A stretch of 64,000 bases of DNA, taken from assembly GCA_964016885.1 (NCBI GenBank), contig OZ024741.1:214458001-214522000 (forward strand), given 5' to 3'. Under the pieces are notes generated by a model, which saw nothing but the letters and a program-made list of their open reading frames with translations, did not search any database and was not told where the DNA came from. Source of the DNA: Eledone cirrhosa (lineage: Eukaryota). Below, in pieces: positions 29,683 to 40,647 of this stretch (position 1 is the first letter of the stretch; every line of letters starts with the position of its first letter). The position numbers were made by a program, and so were the translations under genes.

Positions 29683-30070
29683 TAGAAAATATATAGCTTT
29701 CACCGTATTTTTGACTAAAGGAATTAGAAACTACATTCTTTAGTAAAAAATACGGTGAAAGCTATATATTTTTTAATTTCAAACTCGCTCACTGTTTCAA
29801 AACATACTTAGTTGCCATTTAAACTCGCTAAGAATGTAGTTTCTAATTTGAATGGAAAGAGATGGGTGATGTGTTGGTGTAATGGTAGCACAGTGGTCGC
29901 GATAACCAAAGATGTGGGTTCGACTCCCATGTACGTCAATACTCATCTTTTTCCATTTATCTGAGGGTTCTAAACCCCGTTATCGGGCTAAAATTCCTTT
30001 AGTCAAAAATACGGTGAAGCTATATATTTTCTAATTTCAAACTCGCTCACTGTTTCAAAACATACTTACT
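29683..30070 (+). mobile_element. Penelope-type non-autonomous element (short inverted end + ~70-bp direct repeats) carrying a tRNA-like sequence
   Basis: Direct repeats ~29739-29809 and ~29998-30068; inverted copy 29683-29724; (TA)n flanks. Confidence 0.65.
29868..29938 (+). pseudogene. tRNA-like cloverleaf (71 nt), non-canonical anticodon loop, followed by T5
   Basis: Acceptor GATGTGT/GTACGTC with G-U pairs; D-arm GTGT-AATGGTA-GCAC; TGGT-CGCGATA-ACCA; GTGGG-TTCGACT-CCCAT. Confidence 0.55.
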
Positions 30071-30091
30071 TGATATATATATATTTATATA

Positions 30092-30290
30092 TATTGTTAT
30101 ACTTGGGGAGGGTCATATTTGCGTAATATTGCCAGAACTAATAACAGAAGACACTCACTGTTTGGTTGTTAATTCTGTTATTAATTCTGGCAATATTACG
30201 CAAATATGACCCCCCCAAGTATAACAATATCTGTTTCGACACACGATTTCATATAAAAAACCTCGCCAAACTAATTCATCGCCGCTATTT
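30092..30290 (+). mobile_element. Fold-back Penelope-type insertion with ~60-nt extension
   Basis: Arms 30092-30148/30172-30230; homologous to 16688-17190. Confidence 0.7.
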
Positions 30291-30359
30291 ATATATATAT
30301 ATATATAAATCAGGAAAGAAGGTTGACATGGTTTGCTATACAAAAAAGGTTTTTAATCT

Positions 30360-30472
30360 CATAGCTGACAATTGTTTCTCTGAACTGGTAGGTCTAGAGA
30401 TCGCTATTCGCTTATTTTCGCGTTACTCGATCGCCAATACAAAATTATAACCAGTCAGATCTTCGGAGTATG
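30360..30472 (-). ncRNA. Type I hammerhead motif, CCGAAGA core variant, long stem II
   Basis: Minus strand: CAUACU-CCGAAGA-UCUGACUGGU...ACCAGUUCAGA-GAAAC-AAUU-GUC-AGCUAUG. Confidence 0.6.
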
Positions 30473-30847
30473 CGAGAATGAAGAAAATACACAGGCAAGA
30501 AAAGAATATACAGGCTACTATATGAAGTAGTAATGGCATTCAATTAGAACAATAACAACAATTACAACAATGCTATTAATAAATTATTTAAGGAGACCCT
30601 GACATTACTTAGGTGGGGGGTATAATGTATCTAACGTTACGGCGTGTAAAACTAGCTGTCATGAGGCAAAATTAAGAGTTTGGCATGTACAGAGTATCGA
30701 AGTGTATATCAATTTTAAATTATAAAGATAAGCCAGTGTTTACAGTCTTTCTCTTCATCTTCAATAGTATACATGAGTGGGACAACACTGTCAAAGCTAG
30801 ATAGTTGTTACCTAAGTGGACTGCATTTAACTATTATTTGTTACCCC

Positions 30848-30887
<40 letters not shown>

Positions 30888-31060
30888 TTGGGCAAGACAC
30901 TTTATCACGCTGCTCCTTTTACCTGGAGTTGCGACCGATAGAAAGTATTAACAATTAGAAAGACCAACGGAAACATTGTTTCCTCGGTCCGATTTGATGA
31001 AAGTCGAATATAACATATATATATATATATAAGCGCATTTGTGTGCGGATGTGAGCTTTC

Positions 31061-31120
<60 letters not shown>

Positions 31121-31519
31121 AAATAAAATAGTATTACGTTTATTGCTTGGTGACGCGCTTTTCACTATTGATCATCAGCTCAAGGTTCGATCTGTATCGA
31201 TCTAGCCCGACTCTGTAATCAATGGCTTGTCGGACCTCTTTGGTGGTAATTACAGAATGAGGTACGAGCAAGTCTAATGTCCATATGCTGGTCAGTGGAA
31301 TTTGTTTTGATTGGTGGGTTAATTCTAAGGAATGTATTCACCTGTAGTGTAGATGGGGTGGGATGAGTGTAGTGATTAGTTGGTGGTGCGGGACATAGGT
31401 TGAAGTGGGTGGCATGGTATGGCATTTTGACTCTCACTAGACAATTTGGCGCGTATGTTGGCGTTGATTTTCTGTGTGGGATGTATATATATATATATGG
31501 TATATATATATATATATAT

Positions 31520-31588
<69 letters not shown>

Positions 31589-32146
31589 TATATATATATG
31601 GTATATATATATGGTATATATATATATATATATATATATTTACCTCGGCTGCGTTTGTCTGTTTCTCTCTTACTGCTTCCCCGTTCTCTCTGTTGCTCTC
31701 ACCTTCTTTCGCCCCCTCTGTCAGTTACACCTTCTCTCGACTGACCTCTTCCTCGCACTTCCACTCACTCACTCTCTGTTTCTCCCCTTCTCACTTCCTC
31801 CCGTTTGGCTAGTAGTGGGTTCTCTTCTTGCTCACATCTCACTCACGTCGGACGGTCTGTTTCCTCGATCGCTCATGAAATCCAACCAGCTTATGCTGAC
31901 CGGATAACCATGTTGCTTGTTTATTCCCATCTTTGCGTTGCTATCCTTCTATGTTGTTTACTTGTCTCACTCGCTTTACGCGATTTACTTGTCCCAATAG
32001 CTTTATTTAGCTATTGCTCGCATCAACCTGCGGTATATGATTTTTAATGCGATGAAATATCAATGATGGTTGGCAAATCACTGACGAAGGACTATTTTTA
32101 TCATATGTAACCCATGTGCAACCACGCAGTATTCTTCTTTCTTCTC

Positions 32147-32230
<84 letters not shown>

Positions 32231-32236
<6 letters not shown>

Positions 32237-32542
32237 TAAAAAGGAAAAGAAAATGCTGACAAATTTTTCCCAGTGAAAAATAGTTTAATTAGGAATAAGT
32301 ATAAATTAGTAATAAGTATTGGTTAGTATTCAGATTTAGTTTTAAGCTTTTACCGGTTGCGCATTTCTAATGCTTTTCAAAACCGGTAAAAACTTAAAAC
32401 TAAAACTGAATACTAACCAATACTTATTACTAATTTATACTTATTCCTAATTAAACTATTTTTCACTGGGAAAAATTTGTCAGCATTTTCTTTTCCTTTT
32501 TACTAATATATCACAACTCGTGTGTCACACCTCTATTTTCTT

Positions 32543-32545
<3 letters not shown>
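32231..32545 (+). mobile_element. Fold-back Penelope-type insertion with a ~34-nt 3' tail
   Basis: ~127-bp near-perfect inverted arms 32231-32510; tail 32512-32545; (TA)n on both sides. Confidence 0.8.
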
Positions 32546-32596
<51 letters not shown>

Positions 32597-33154
32597 CTCA
32601 TTCTTTCTTCTGATGAAAGACTAGCATCCAAAACGTTAAGACCTTCTTCCTGCTATTTCAAACGTTAACCGAATATATTCCTTCCATATACTGTACCGAT
32701 TGTGTTGTTATTTCTGTTTATGTTTTACACACCCACACACACACATTACTATATATATATATATATATATATACTAGCTATATAATCACTCGACATTGTG
32801 ACAATGAAGCAAGGAAGTGTCTATTTCTGTCCGATGGCCGTCTCAGGCTGATTATTTCACCAAAGCAGTCTATTCTGAATTATCTAATTCAATATTAAAA
32901 TATCCAATAGTCAATGTTTATTTTCAACTTGTTTGATGCCTCTGATCTTTCTTCGCAGACTTTCCTAGGCACACCCACACACACTCACACACACACACTT
33001 GCACACACACCCACACATGCACACACCTACACACACTCACACACTCACACACACACACTTGCACACACACACACACATGCTCACACATGCACATGCACAC
33101 AAACACACACTGAACCGACACTCCTCATATATATATATATTTATGTAATTACAT

Positions 33155-33185
<31 letters not shown>

Positions 33186-33277
33186 AATATATATACACAT
33201 ATATGCATATATATATATTCACGCATATATATATATACGTACATATATATATATGTATATATATGTATATATATATG

Positions 33278-33312
<35 letters not shown>

Positions 33313-33368
33313 GTACATATATATATATGTATATATATGTATATATATATGTATATATGTATATATAA

Positions 33369-33401
<33 letters not shown>

Positions 33402-33423
33402 CTTATATATATACATATATATG

Positions 33424-33530
<107 letters not shown>

Positions 33531-33702
33531 TCAGTATATATATTATGCATATCTCATATTTCAGTGTGTCTTACAATCACTACTCCAACCGCCACAAACA
33601 CACCTCAGATTCACAAACACACACACGTACACGCACACACATACATTCACACAAACACACACACACACATAGACACACACACATACACACAAACACACAC
33701 AT

Positions 33703-33753
<51 letters not shown>

Positions 33754-34104
33754 TAGTGAAACTTGCTTTTATCTCTAGCTTTGTCTCTCCTACTTTCGTT
33801 ACTAAACTGCGTCTATTTTCACAAATGTTTCATTCGCAAATTTCCTCGACTATTTCTGATACACTGAGAGGTGGCCGTTAATATTATTACTTAATTTCCG
33901 GTCGTTGAAAAGTCCGCCTCTTCATGAATTAATCAGGCGTTTAACAGCCAACAATGTTAACGAGAAAAACGTACGCTTAAATCCGTCCAGACGCCTTAGA
34001 TCAATTATGCAAAAGTAGCTTGAAGGCGCCTGGCCTTGTGGTTAGGGTGCTAGATTCAATAGGAGCAGACTGACACAGAGTAACAGAAAACTGACTGATC
34101 AGTG

Positions 34105-35155
34105 CTAGAGGTGTGTTAACCTCGATGCCCTAAAGTAACATAGTCTACGATAGCGCCGAGTGCTGACTGCGGTGAGATAGTGGCATGTTTTCGGTTCTCA
34201 AACAAGGAAACACTGACTAACAAACGGTTGAATGTTGAAAACTAGAGGTGTATTTTCACTACTCAGCTAAGATGACACTGACTAACAAACTACAGGCTAC
34301 TGAGGGCCAGAGATGTTTTCCACTACTCACCTAAGATGACACTAATAGACTACAGGCTACTGTTAGCCAGAGATGTGTTTTTAGTGTTCAGCTAAGATGA
34401 CACTTACAGACTACAGGCTACTGAGGACCAGAAATGTATTTTCACTACTCAACTAAGATGACACTGACTAACAATATAAACTACTGAGGGCCAGAGGTGT
34501 GTATTCATTGCCTAGGTACGGTTACACTGACTGCTGAGAGCAGAGGTTTATGTTCACTGCTCCGTTAATGCAACAAAGTCTAACAGATTGCTGGTTACTG
34601 AGAGCTTGAGACGTTCTTTCAGTTCTCACCTGACGCTGATTGATAGTGTTGACTGCTAAGGGTCGGAGGTGTGTTGTCAGTGCTCAGCCAATGCAACACA
34701 GTCGAACAGACTGCATAAAGCCACGATTTGTATTCACTGCTCAGCTAAGGCAACATTAGTTAATAGACTGCTGGTTACTGTGATCTAGAGGTGTACTTTC
34801 ACTGTTTAGTTACGATAACACTGTTGACTGTTGAGAAAAAGAGGTGTGTTTTCACTGATCAGCTAAGACAAAAGAGACTAAAATCTTCTGATTTCTGAAG
34901 GCCAGCCCTTTGTTTTCACCGCTCAGCGAAGGTAACACTGAATAACAGACTACGGACTACTGAGAGGTGTGTTTGCTCTGCTAAGCTGGCAGAGATTAAC
35001 AAATTGTTGACTGGTGACTGCCAGGTGTGTCGTTTCCGTACTTAGGTAAGACAACGCCGAATAACATACAGCTGAGTACCAGGGATTTGTTTCCACAGCT
35101 GACTGTTGACTGACGAGGACTAGAAGCGTGTTTTAACTGCTCAGCTAAGGCAACC
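34105..35155. repeat. Degenerate minisatellite, ~47-65 bp unit (agaggtgtgttttcactgctcagctaagatgacactgact...), roughly 17-18 copies
   Basis: agaggtgt and cagctaag motifs recur at about 60-bp spacing. Confidence 0.8.
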
Positions 35156-35268
35156 AAAATACATATACTACATATGTTTCTGCAATGTAAACTGATGTCA
35201 CACCATCAGTAAATGTTTGTTGTTATTGAAATACTTATACATCTACAACTTACCAATTTTCATAATAT

Positions 35269-35309
<41 letters not shown>

Positions 35310-37054
35310 GTCGGAGCCCTTCGCAATCACGCGTTCCATTCGACAGGGATGCCCTCTCTCCTCCATTCTGTACGTATTGACTCTAGAGCCACTACTGCGG
35401 AAGTTGGAGGTTTTGCAGGGCATCCCTTTAGAACCGGGACTGCGAAAAGCGGCGTCGGTTTATGCCGACGACGTGACAGTAAAGGTGTCGAAAACCTCGG
35501 AAATCGAGGTAATCGGCAACCTATTACAGGAATATGAAAGGTTCACAGGAGCAAAACTGAACCTGGACAAGTCTATCGGTTTGCAACTCGGAACCTGGAG
35601 AGGCAAAACCGATGTCGTCCGACAGTGTCGTCGGACGCTGGACGGAAGGACCGTTGAAATTGCTCGGGGTCTGGTTCGGCCCAGACCTCCAGGTGGAGAA
35701 AAACTGGAACGAGGTCATGGCCAAGGTATTTGCGCAAACTGTCTTTGAATGGTCGAGCGGAGGTGGCGAACACTTTCATAGCGTCCGTCATCTACTACCG
35801 CATGACTGTCGTGCCCTGTCCCCGTGAATACCCCACCAAGATGGAACGCATGCTCTTCCAGTTCCTGTGGAAGAAGCAGGCTCCAGTGGTGAGGAGATCT
35901 GTCTGCTGTCAACACACTTTCAACGGAGGGCTGGGCATGCCATGGCTAATGATGCGCAAACATGCATTGAGGCTACGGCATCTTCAGGTATTCCTCACCG
36001 ACCCCCAACCGGTGTGGGCACCGTTTGTGAGACAGGCCTTCCCACAACTTGTCTCGCTGATGGAGCTGCAGTCCTGGGTCAAGCGAAGACCGAAGAAGAT
36101 GGGCGCCTGGCACATTGAATGCGCCCAGGCGCTCACAGTCCTCTGTCAAGCGGGCACAGCAATCAGTGGAGACTCCACTTCGACATTCTAGAGAGGGTTA
36201 GTACTTTATAAGTGCGACGACGTGCTCGGAGAGACTCTAGGCGTCGAAGACGACGAGTTCACCAGTCTGTTCGGTAGGACTTTCCGCCCGGGACGTATGG
36301 GCAACTCCCAGAGGTCCCTTGCCTGGCAGTGCTACCGAGGAGCTCTACCCGTTCGAGATAAGATCTACAGGCACGGACGCCCCGGCAGGATCCTTCCAAG
36401 AGGACGTGTCCAAGATGCGACCAGGACATTGAAACCGTCTTGCACGCAATTGTACACTGCCCGGTCGTAAGCGACCCGTGGAACTATGCAGAACAACTGC
36501 TCTCGCGTATGGGACATATCCAGTTGACTGCCGGGTCCATAGTAAGGATCAAACCGCCAGCGTCTTTCAATAACGAAAGAAAGGTGGTTTTCCTCTGTAC
36601 ACTGACTATGGTGAAAGAGGTTATATGGTGGACGAGATTGAGAGGACTGAGGACAGATGCCTTTCTCTCCGGACAACAATTGATTCCCTTCTTTAAGTAT
36701 CACTTTAGAAGAAGAATCAGAGTGGAGAGAGAGGCACTGCACCCCAGTAAATTTACTGAAAGGTGGGTGAATGAAGCGAAAATGGCCCGAGTGATTGGGC
36801 CTTCTCTGTTTATAAGCCTGTAGGTTAAAGAGAGCAAAAGGAAGAAAGGGAGCACTTTCACAACATGCTCCTGAAATTGAGGGTTGTTCTATCGATGGGG
36901 TATTAAACAACCCATTTGTGGCGTCTCCCCCCTATTGGGGATTTCGATTGTTGAAATTGTTTGTTTTTATATTTTTTACACGACTCTATGTAAAATCCCC
37001 GGCATGTCTTTGTATTCTCCCCTTTTCTTGTGCACCCTTGTGACTAATAAAGAA
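35310..37054 (+). mobile_element. Tx1-like LINE copy A, 5'-truncated within RT, frameshifted
   Basis: Starts at SEPF..RQGCPLS, YADD, C-terminal Cys/His motif, AATAAA; (TATC)n on both sides. Confidence 0.92.
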
Positions 37055-37080
37055 ATCTATCTATCTATCTATCTATCTAC

Positions 37081-37118
<38 letters not shown>

Positions 37119-37119
<1 letters not shown>

Positions 37120-40100
37120 GGGCCTTGCAACACAGATAGTTCACTTGGACCCAGGGGGTCGACTGGTGGTGCTGGACCTTGGCAGTGGTGAAGGTAGAGC
37201 CTTTAGGCTGATAGCCGCATATGCCCCTTTTGGGACAGAGCGGCCCGACTTTTTCCAGCGTCTGGAGTCTTTTCTAGGGACGTCCCGTTCCCTGCTTTTA
37301 GTGGGGGATTGGAATGGTATCCTGGATGCACGTTGGGACTATGCAGGGGCATGTCCCGATAGAGAGGGGTGCAACAGCCTCAAGGGGTTACTCGGCCGAT
37401 TTGACCTGGCCGATAGATTTCGACTAGATTTTCCGACGGTGCCAACCTGGTCTTGGTCAAATCGCAGCGGATCATCTAGATCGTACCTAGATAGATTTTT
37501 AGTTAGAAATAAGGACAGGGACTTTTTAAGTTGTCCAGAAATGCTCATGGTTGGCTATTCAGACCACAAGTTGGTGACCTGCATGGTCAACCTTGATAGA
37601 ACGCATAGACAGGGCCCCGGTTACTGGAAGCTCAACTTGTCCTTGCCGGCAAGTAGAGCCTACAGGAATCGGATTAGTACGTTAGTTAAGGAACGGTTGA
37701 CTGGAGCGATCGTCAACAGCAGGTGGTGGGCATCTCTAAAGAGAGAGATTAGAGTAGTCTCGATTGAATTTAGTAAGGTTCTAGCTGCGGATAGGAATAG
37801 GAAGGAAAGGGAGCTAATAGATAGAGTAGAAGAGGCAATTAGAAGCGGCGACGTGGCCAGAGTGCTAGCGTCGAGAACGGCTTTGAGCCAGTTTTTCGAC
37901 GCGAAGCACGAAGGCTGCGTTGTCCGAAGTAAAATACGTGCTCTAGGGAACGAGGGGGCCAAAGCTGTTAGCTGGGCCCGCGTGACAGAGGCCAACAGTG
38001 GAACTAAATCCACCATCCGGTCTTTGCGAGACCTGGATGGACGGGCGATTCTTGAGCCTAAGCAGATGTGTGAGGCCTTTCAAAGGCACTTTGCCCGACT
38101 GTTCGGGAGGGGCGGGGAGCCGGTTGGAAACGTGGACTTCGGTCCATACCTCGACGGCCTGCCGCGCCTCTCGGACAGGGAGGCGAAGTCTTGCGAGGAG
38201 CCGATTTCGGCCGCTGAGATAGAGGACGTGCTGGGCCAATGCGGCAAACGCAAATCCCCGGGTCTCGATGGTCTTCCTTACGAATTATATCTAGCTATGC
38301 CGGACTTGTTCCCCGATCTCCTCGAGGCGGTCTACTGCAACTGGCAACAGAACGGGAGAATTCCCTGTACTGTGACCAAGGGCGTAGTCACGCTAGTGAG
38401 GAAGGACGAGAACAAGGGGGACGAAATAAGTAACTTCAGGCCCATAACTCTGCTAAATACAGAGTTACAGATTTTGGCCAAGGTGCTAGCAAAGAGGTTG
38501 GCGCTTGTCGTGGGCAACCTGGTGGGAGATGCGCAGACATGCGCTATCCCGTCCAGGTCCATCCATGACAACCTCCACCTCATGCGATACATCATAGAGA
38601 GGGTTGGGAACGAACCCGGCTTTGGTGGGGCTCTGATCAACTTGGATCAATCTAAGGCGTTCGATAGGGTCGACCATGGTTACCTGGATGCGGTGCTAGC
38701 GGCGGCAGGCTTCGGACCCGTTTTCAGGGGCTGGATCACTGCTATGCACAGCAGCCGCATCTGCTCTAGGGTCAAGGTGAACGGCTACCTCTCGGAGCCG
38801 TTCAAAATCGCGCGGTCCATCCGACAAGGGTGCCCTCTCTCCTCCCTTCTGTATGTGTTGACTCTCGAGCCACTACTGCGGAAGTTGGAGTTGTTGCAGG
38901 GCATCCCTTTGGAACCGGGATTGCGGAAAGCGGTGTCAGCCTACGCCGATGATGTGACAGTAATGGTGTCGACGGCCTCCGAAATCGAGGCGGTCGGCAC
39001 CTTACTGGAGGAGTACGAAAAGTTCACAGGGGCTAAGCTGAACCGGGACAAGTCGATCGGTTTGCAACTCGGCACGTGGAGGGGCAGACCGATGCCCTCC
39101 GATGGCGTCGTCGGACGCTGGACGGAGGGCCCGGTGAAGTTGCTCGGGGTCTGGTTCGGACCGGACCTCCAGGTGGAGAAAAACTGGGCGGAGGTTACGA
39201 ACAGGGTGTTTGCACTGACCCAGAAGTGGGCCAGTTGCAAACTATCCCTGAAAGGTCGGGCGGAGGTGGCGAACACTTATATAGCGTCCGTCATCTACTA
39301 CCGCCTGACCGTAGTGCCCTGCCCAAGGGAAACCCTCACCAAGATGGAGCGCGCGCTCTTCCAATTCCTTTGGAAGGGGCAGGCTCCTATGGTGAGGAGA
39401 TCCATCTGCTGTCAACACCCTTCGAAAGGAGGGCTGGGGATGCCGTGGCTAATGATGCGTAAACACGCATTAAGGCTACGGCACCTCTACGTATTCCTCA
39501 CCGGACAACCGGTGTGGGCCTCGTTTGTGAGACGAACCTTTCCCAGACTCGTCTCACTCACCGAGCTGCAATCCTGGGTCAAGCAAAGACCGAGAAAACT
39601 GGGCGCCTGGCACACTGAGTGTGCCCAGGCGCTCACCGCCCTCTGGCAGGCGGATCCGGTTATCAGTGGAGACTCCACCGCAACATTCTATAGAGGGCTG
39701 GTACGCAGCAGGTGCGACGACGCCCTCGGAGAAGCCCTAGACATGGAGGAGGACGAACTGGCCAGCCTGTTCGGTAGGACATTCAGCCCGGGACCTATGG
39801 ACAACTTCCAGAAGTCCCTGGCCTGGCAGTGCTACCGAGGGGCTTTACCCGTTCGAGAAAGGCTCTACAGACACGGGCGCCCGGGTAGGGACCCCGCCAA
39901 AAAGATCTGTCCCAGATGCGTGTGCGACGAGGAAACCGTTGCACACGCATTGGTACACTGCTCGGGCGTAGCCGATCTGTGGGGCTATGTCGAACAACTG
40001 CTGTCAAGGGTGGGACCGATCCGGTTGACCACCGAGTCTATTGTAATGATCAAGCCGCCTCCCCCATTCAAAGATGAAGCAGAGGCGGTGTTTCTGTGCG

Positions 40101-40587
40101 TAATAGCCATGGCGAAAGAGGTTGTATGGTGGACGCGTCTGAAAGGACTGAGGTCAGGCACCTTTCTCTCTGGCCAACAACTGGTCCGTTTCTTCCGATA
40201 TCATTTCGGAAGAAGGATCAGGATGGAGAGAGAGGTGCTGCACCCCAGTCGTTTTTATGAAAGGTGGGTGAAAGTGGCGAGAATGGCCCGTGTGAATGGG
40301 CCTTCTCTTTACATAAGCCTGTAGGTGGAAAAGAGGAAGGAACGAGGGAGCACCCCCTCTCTGTGCTCCTGAGGAAAAGGGTTGCACACTTTTTTCGGGG
40401 GTGTGTGCGACCCCCCAAGGCGCCTCCTCTCTATTGAGGATTTTGTTAAAAATTTTATTTTTGTTATATCTTATTTTATTTTTATATTTTGTTATTGCCT
40501 CCTCCTTATTGAGGACGCCTTTTTGTGTAAACTCCCCCCTTTGTACTTGTCCCACTTTTGATGCCCTAGTGGCAAATAAAAGAAACT
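37119..40587 (+). mobile_element. Tx1-like LINE copy B, 5'-truncated within the endonuclease
   Basis: Uninterrupted 1059-aa frame, 3' UTR, AATAAA, (TATC)n 40588-40647. Confidence 0.95.
37145..40324 (+). CDS. ORF2: APE endonuclease (N-terminus missing) + reverse transcriptase + CCHC-type C-terminus
   Basis: GDWN, YLDRF, SDHK, GPGYWKLN, KSPGLDG, RPITLLN, KAFDRV, QGCPLS, YADD, CPRC..ET..H...HC. Confidence 0.95.
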   Translation: MDPGGRLVVLDLGSGEGRAFRLIAAYAPFGTERPDFFQRLESFLGTSRSLLLVGDWNGILDARWDYAGACPDREGCNSLKGLLGRFDLADRFRLDFPTVPTWSWSNRSGSSRSYLDRFLVRNKDRDFLSCPEMLMVGYSDHKLVTCMVNLDRTHRQGPGYWKLNLSLPASRAYRNRISTLVKERLTGAIVNSRWWASLKREIRVVSIEFSKVLAADRNRKERELIDRVEEAIRSGDVARVLASRTALSQFFDAKHEGCVVRSKIRALGNEGAKAVSWARVTEANSGTKSTIRSLRDLDGRAILEPKQMCEAFQRHFARLFGRGGEPVGNVDFGPYLDGLPRLSDREAKSCEEPISAAEIEDVLGQCGKRKSPGLDGLPYELYLAMPDLFPDLLEAVYCNWQQNGRIPCTVTKGVVTLVRKDENKGDEISNFRPITLLNTELQILAKVLAKRLALVVGNLVGDAQTCAIPSRSIHDNLHLMRYIIERVGNEPGFGGALINLDQSKAFDRVDHGYLDAVLAAAGFGPVFRGWITAMHSSRICSRVKVNGYLSEPFKIARSIRQGCPLSSLLYVLTLEPLLRKLELLQGIPLEPGLRKAVSAYADDVTVMVSTASEIEAVGTLLEEYEKFTGAKLNRDKSIGLQLGTWRGRPMPSDGVVGRWTEGPVKLLGVWFGPDLQVEKNWAEVTNRVFALTQKWASCKLSLKGRAEVANTYIASVIYYRLTVVPCPRETLTKMERALFQFLWKGQAPMVRRSICCQHPSKGGLGMPWLMMRKHALRLRHLYVFLTGQPVWASFVRRTFPRLVSLTELQSWVKQRPRKLGAWHTECAQALTALWQADPVISGDSTATFYRGLVRSRCDDALGEALDMEEDELASLFGRTFSPGPMDNFQKSLAWQCYRGALPVRERLYRHGRPGRDPAKKICPRCVCDEETVAHALVHCSGVADLWGYVEQLLSRVGPIRLTTESIVMIKPPPPFKDEAEAVFLCVIAMAKEVVWWTRLKGLRSGTFLSGQQLVRFFRYHFGRRIRMEREVLHPSRFYERWVKVARMARVNGPSLYISL

Positions 40588-40647
40588 TATCTAGCTATCT
40601 ATCTATCTATCTATCTATCAATCTATCTATCTATCTATCTCTCTATC

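Noticed and set aside
34105-35155. CRISPR-like periodicity
   Set aside because: The whole unit is repeated and degenerate, with no unique spacers and no cas genes, in a eukaryotic context.
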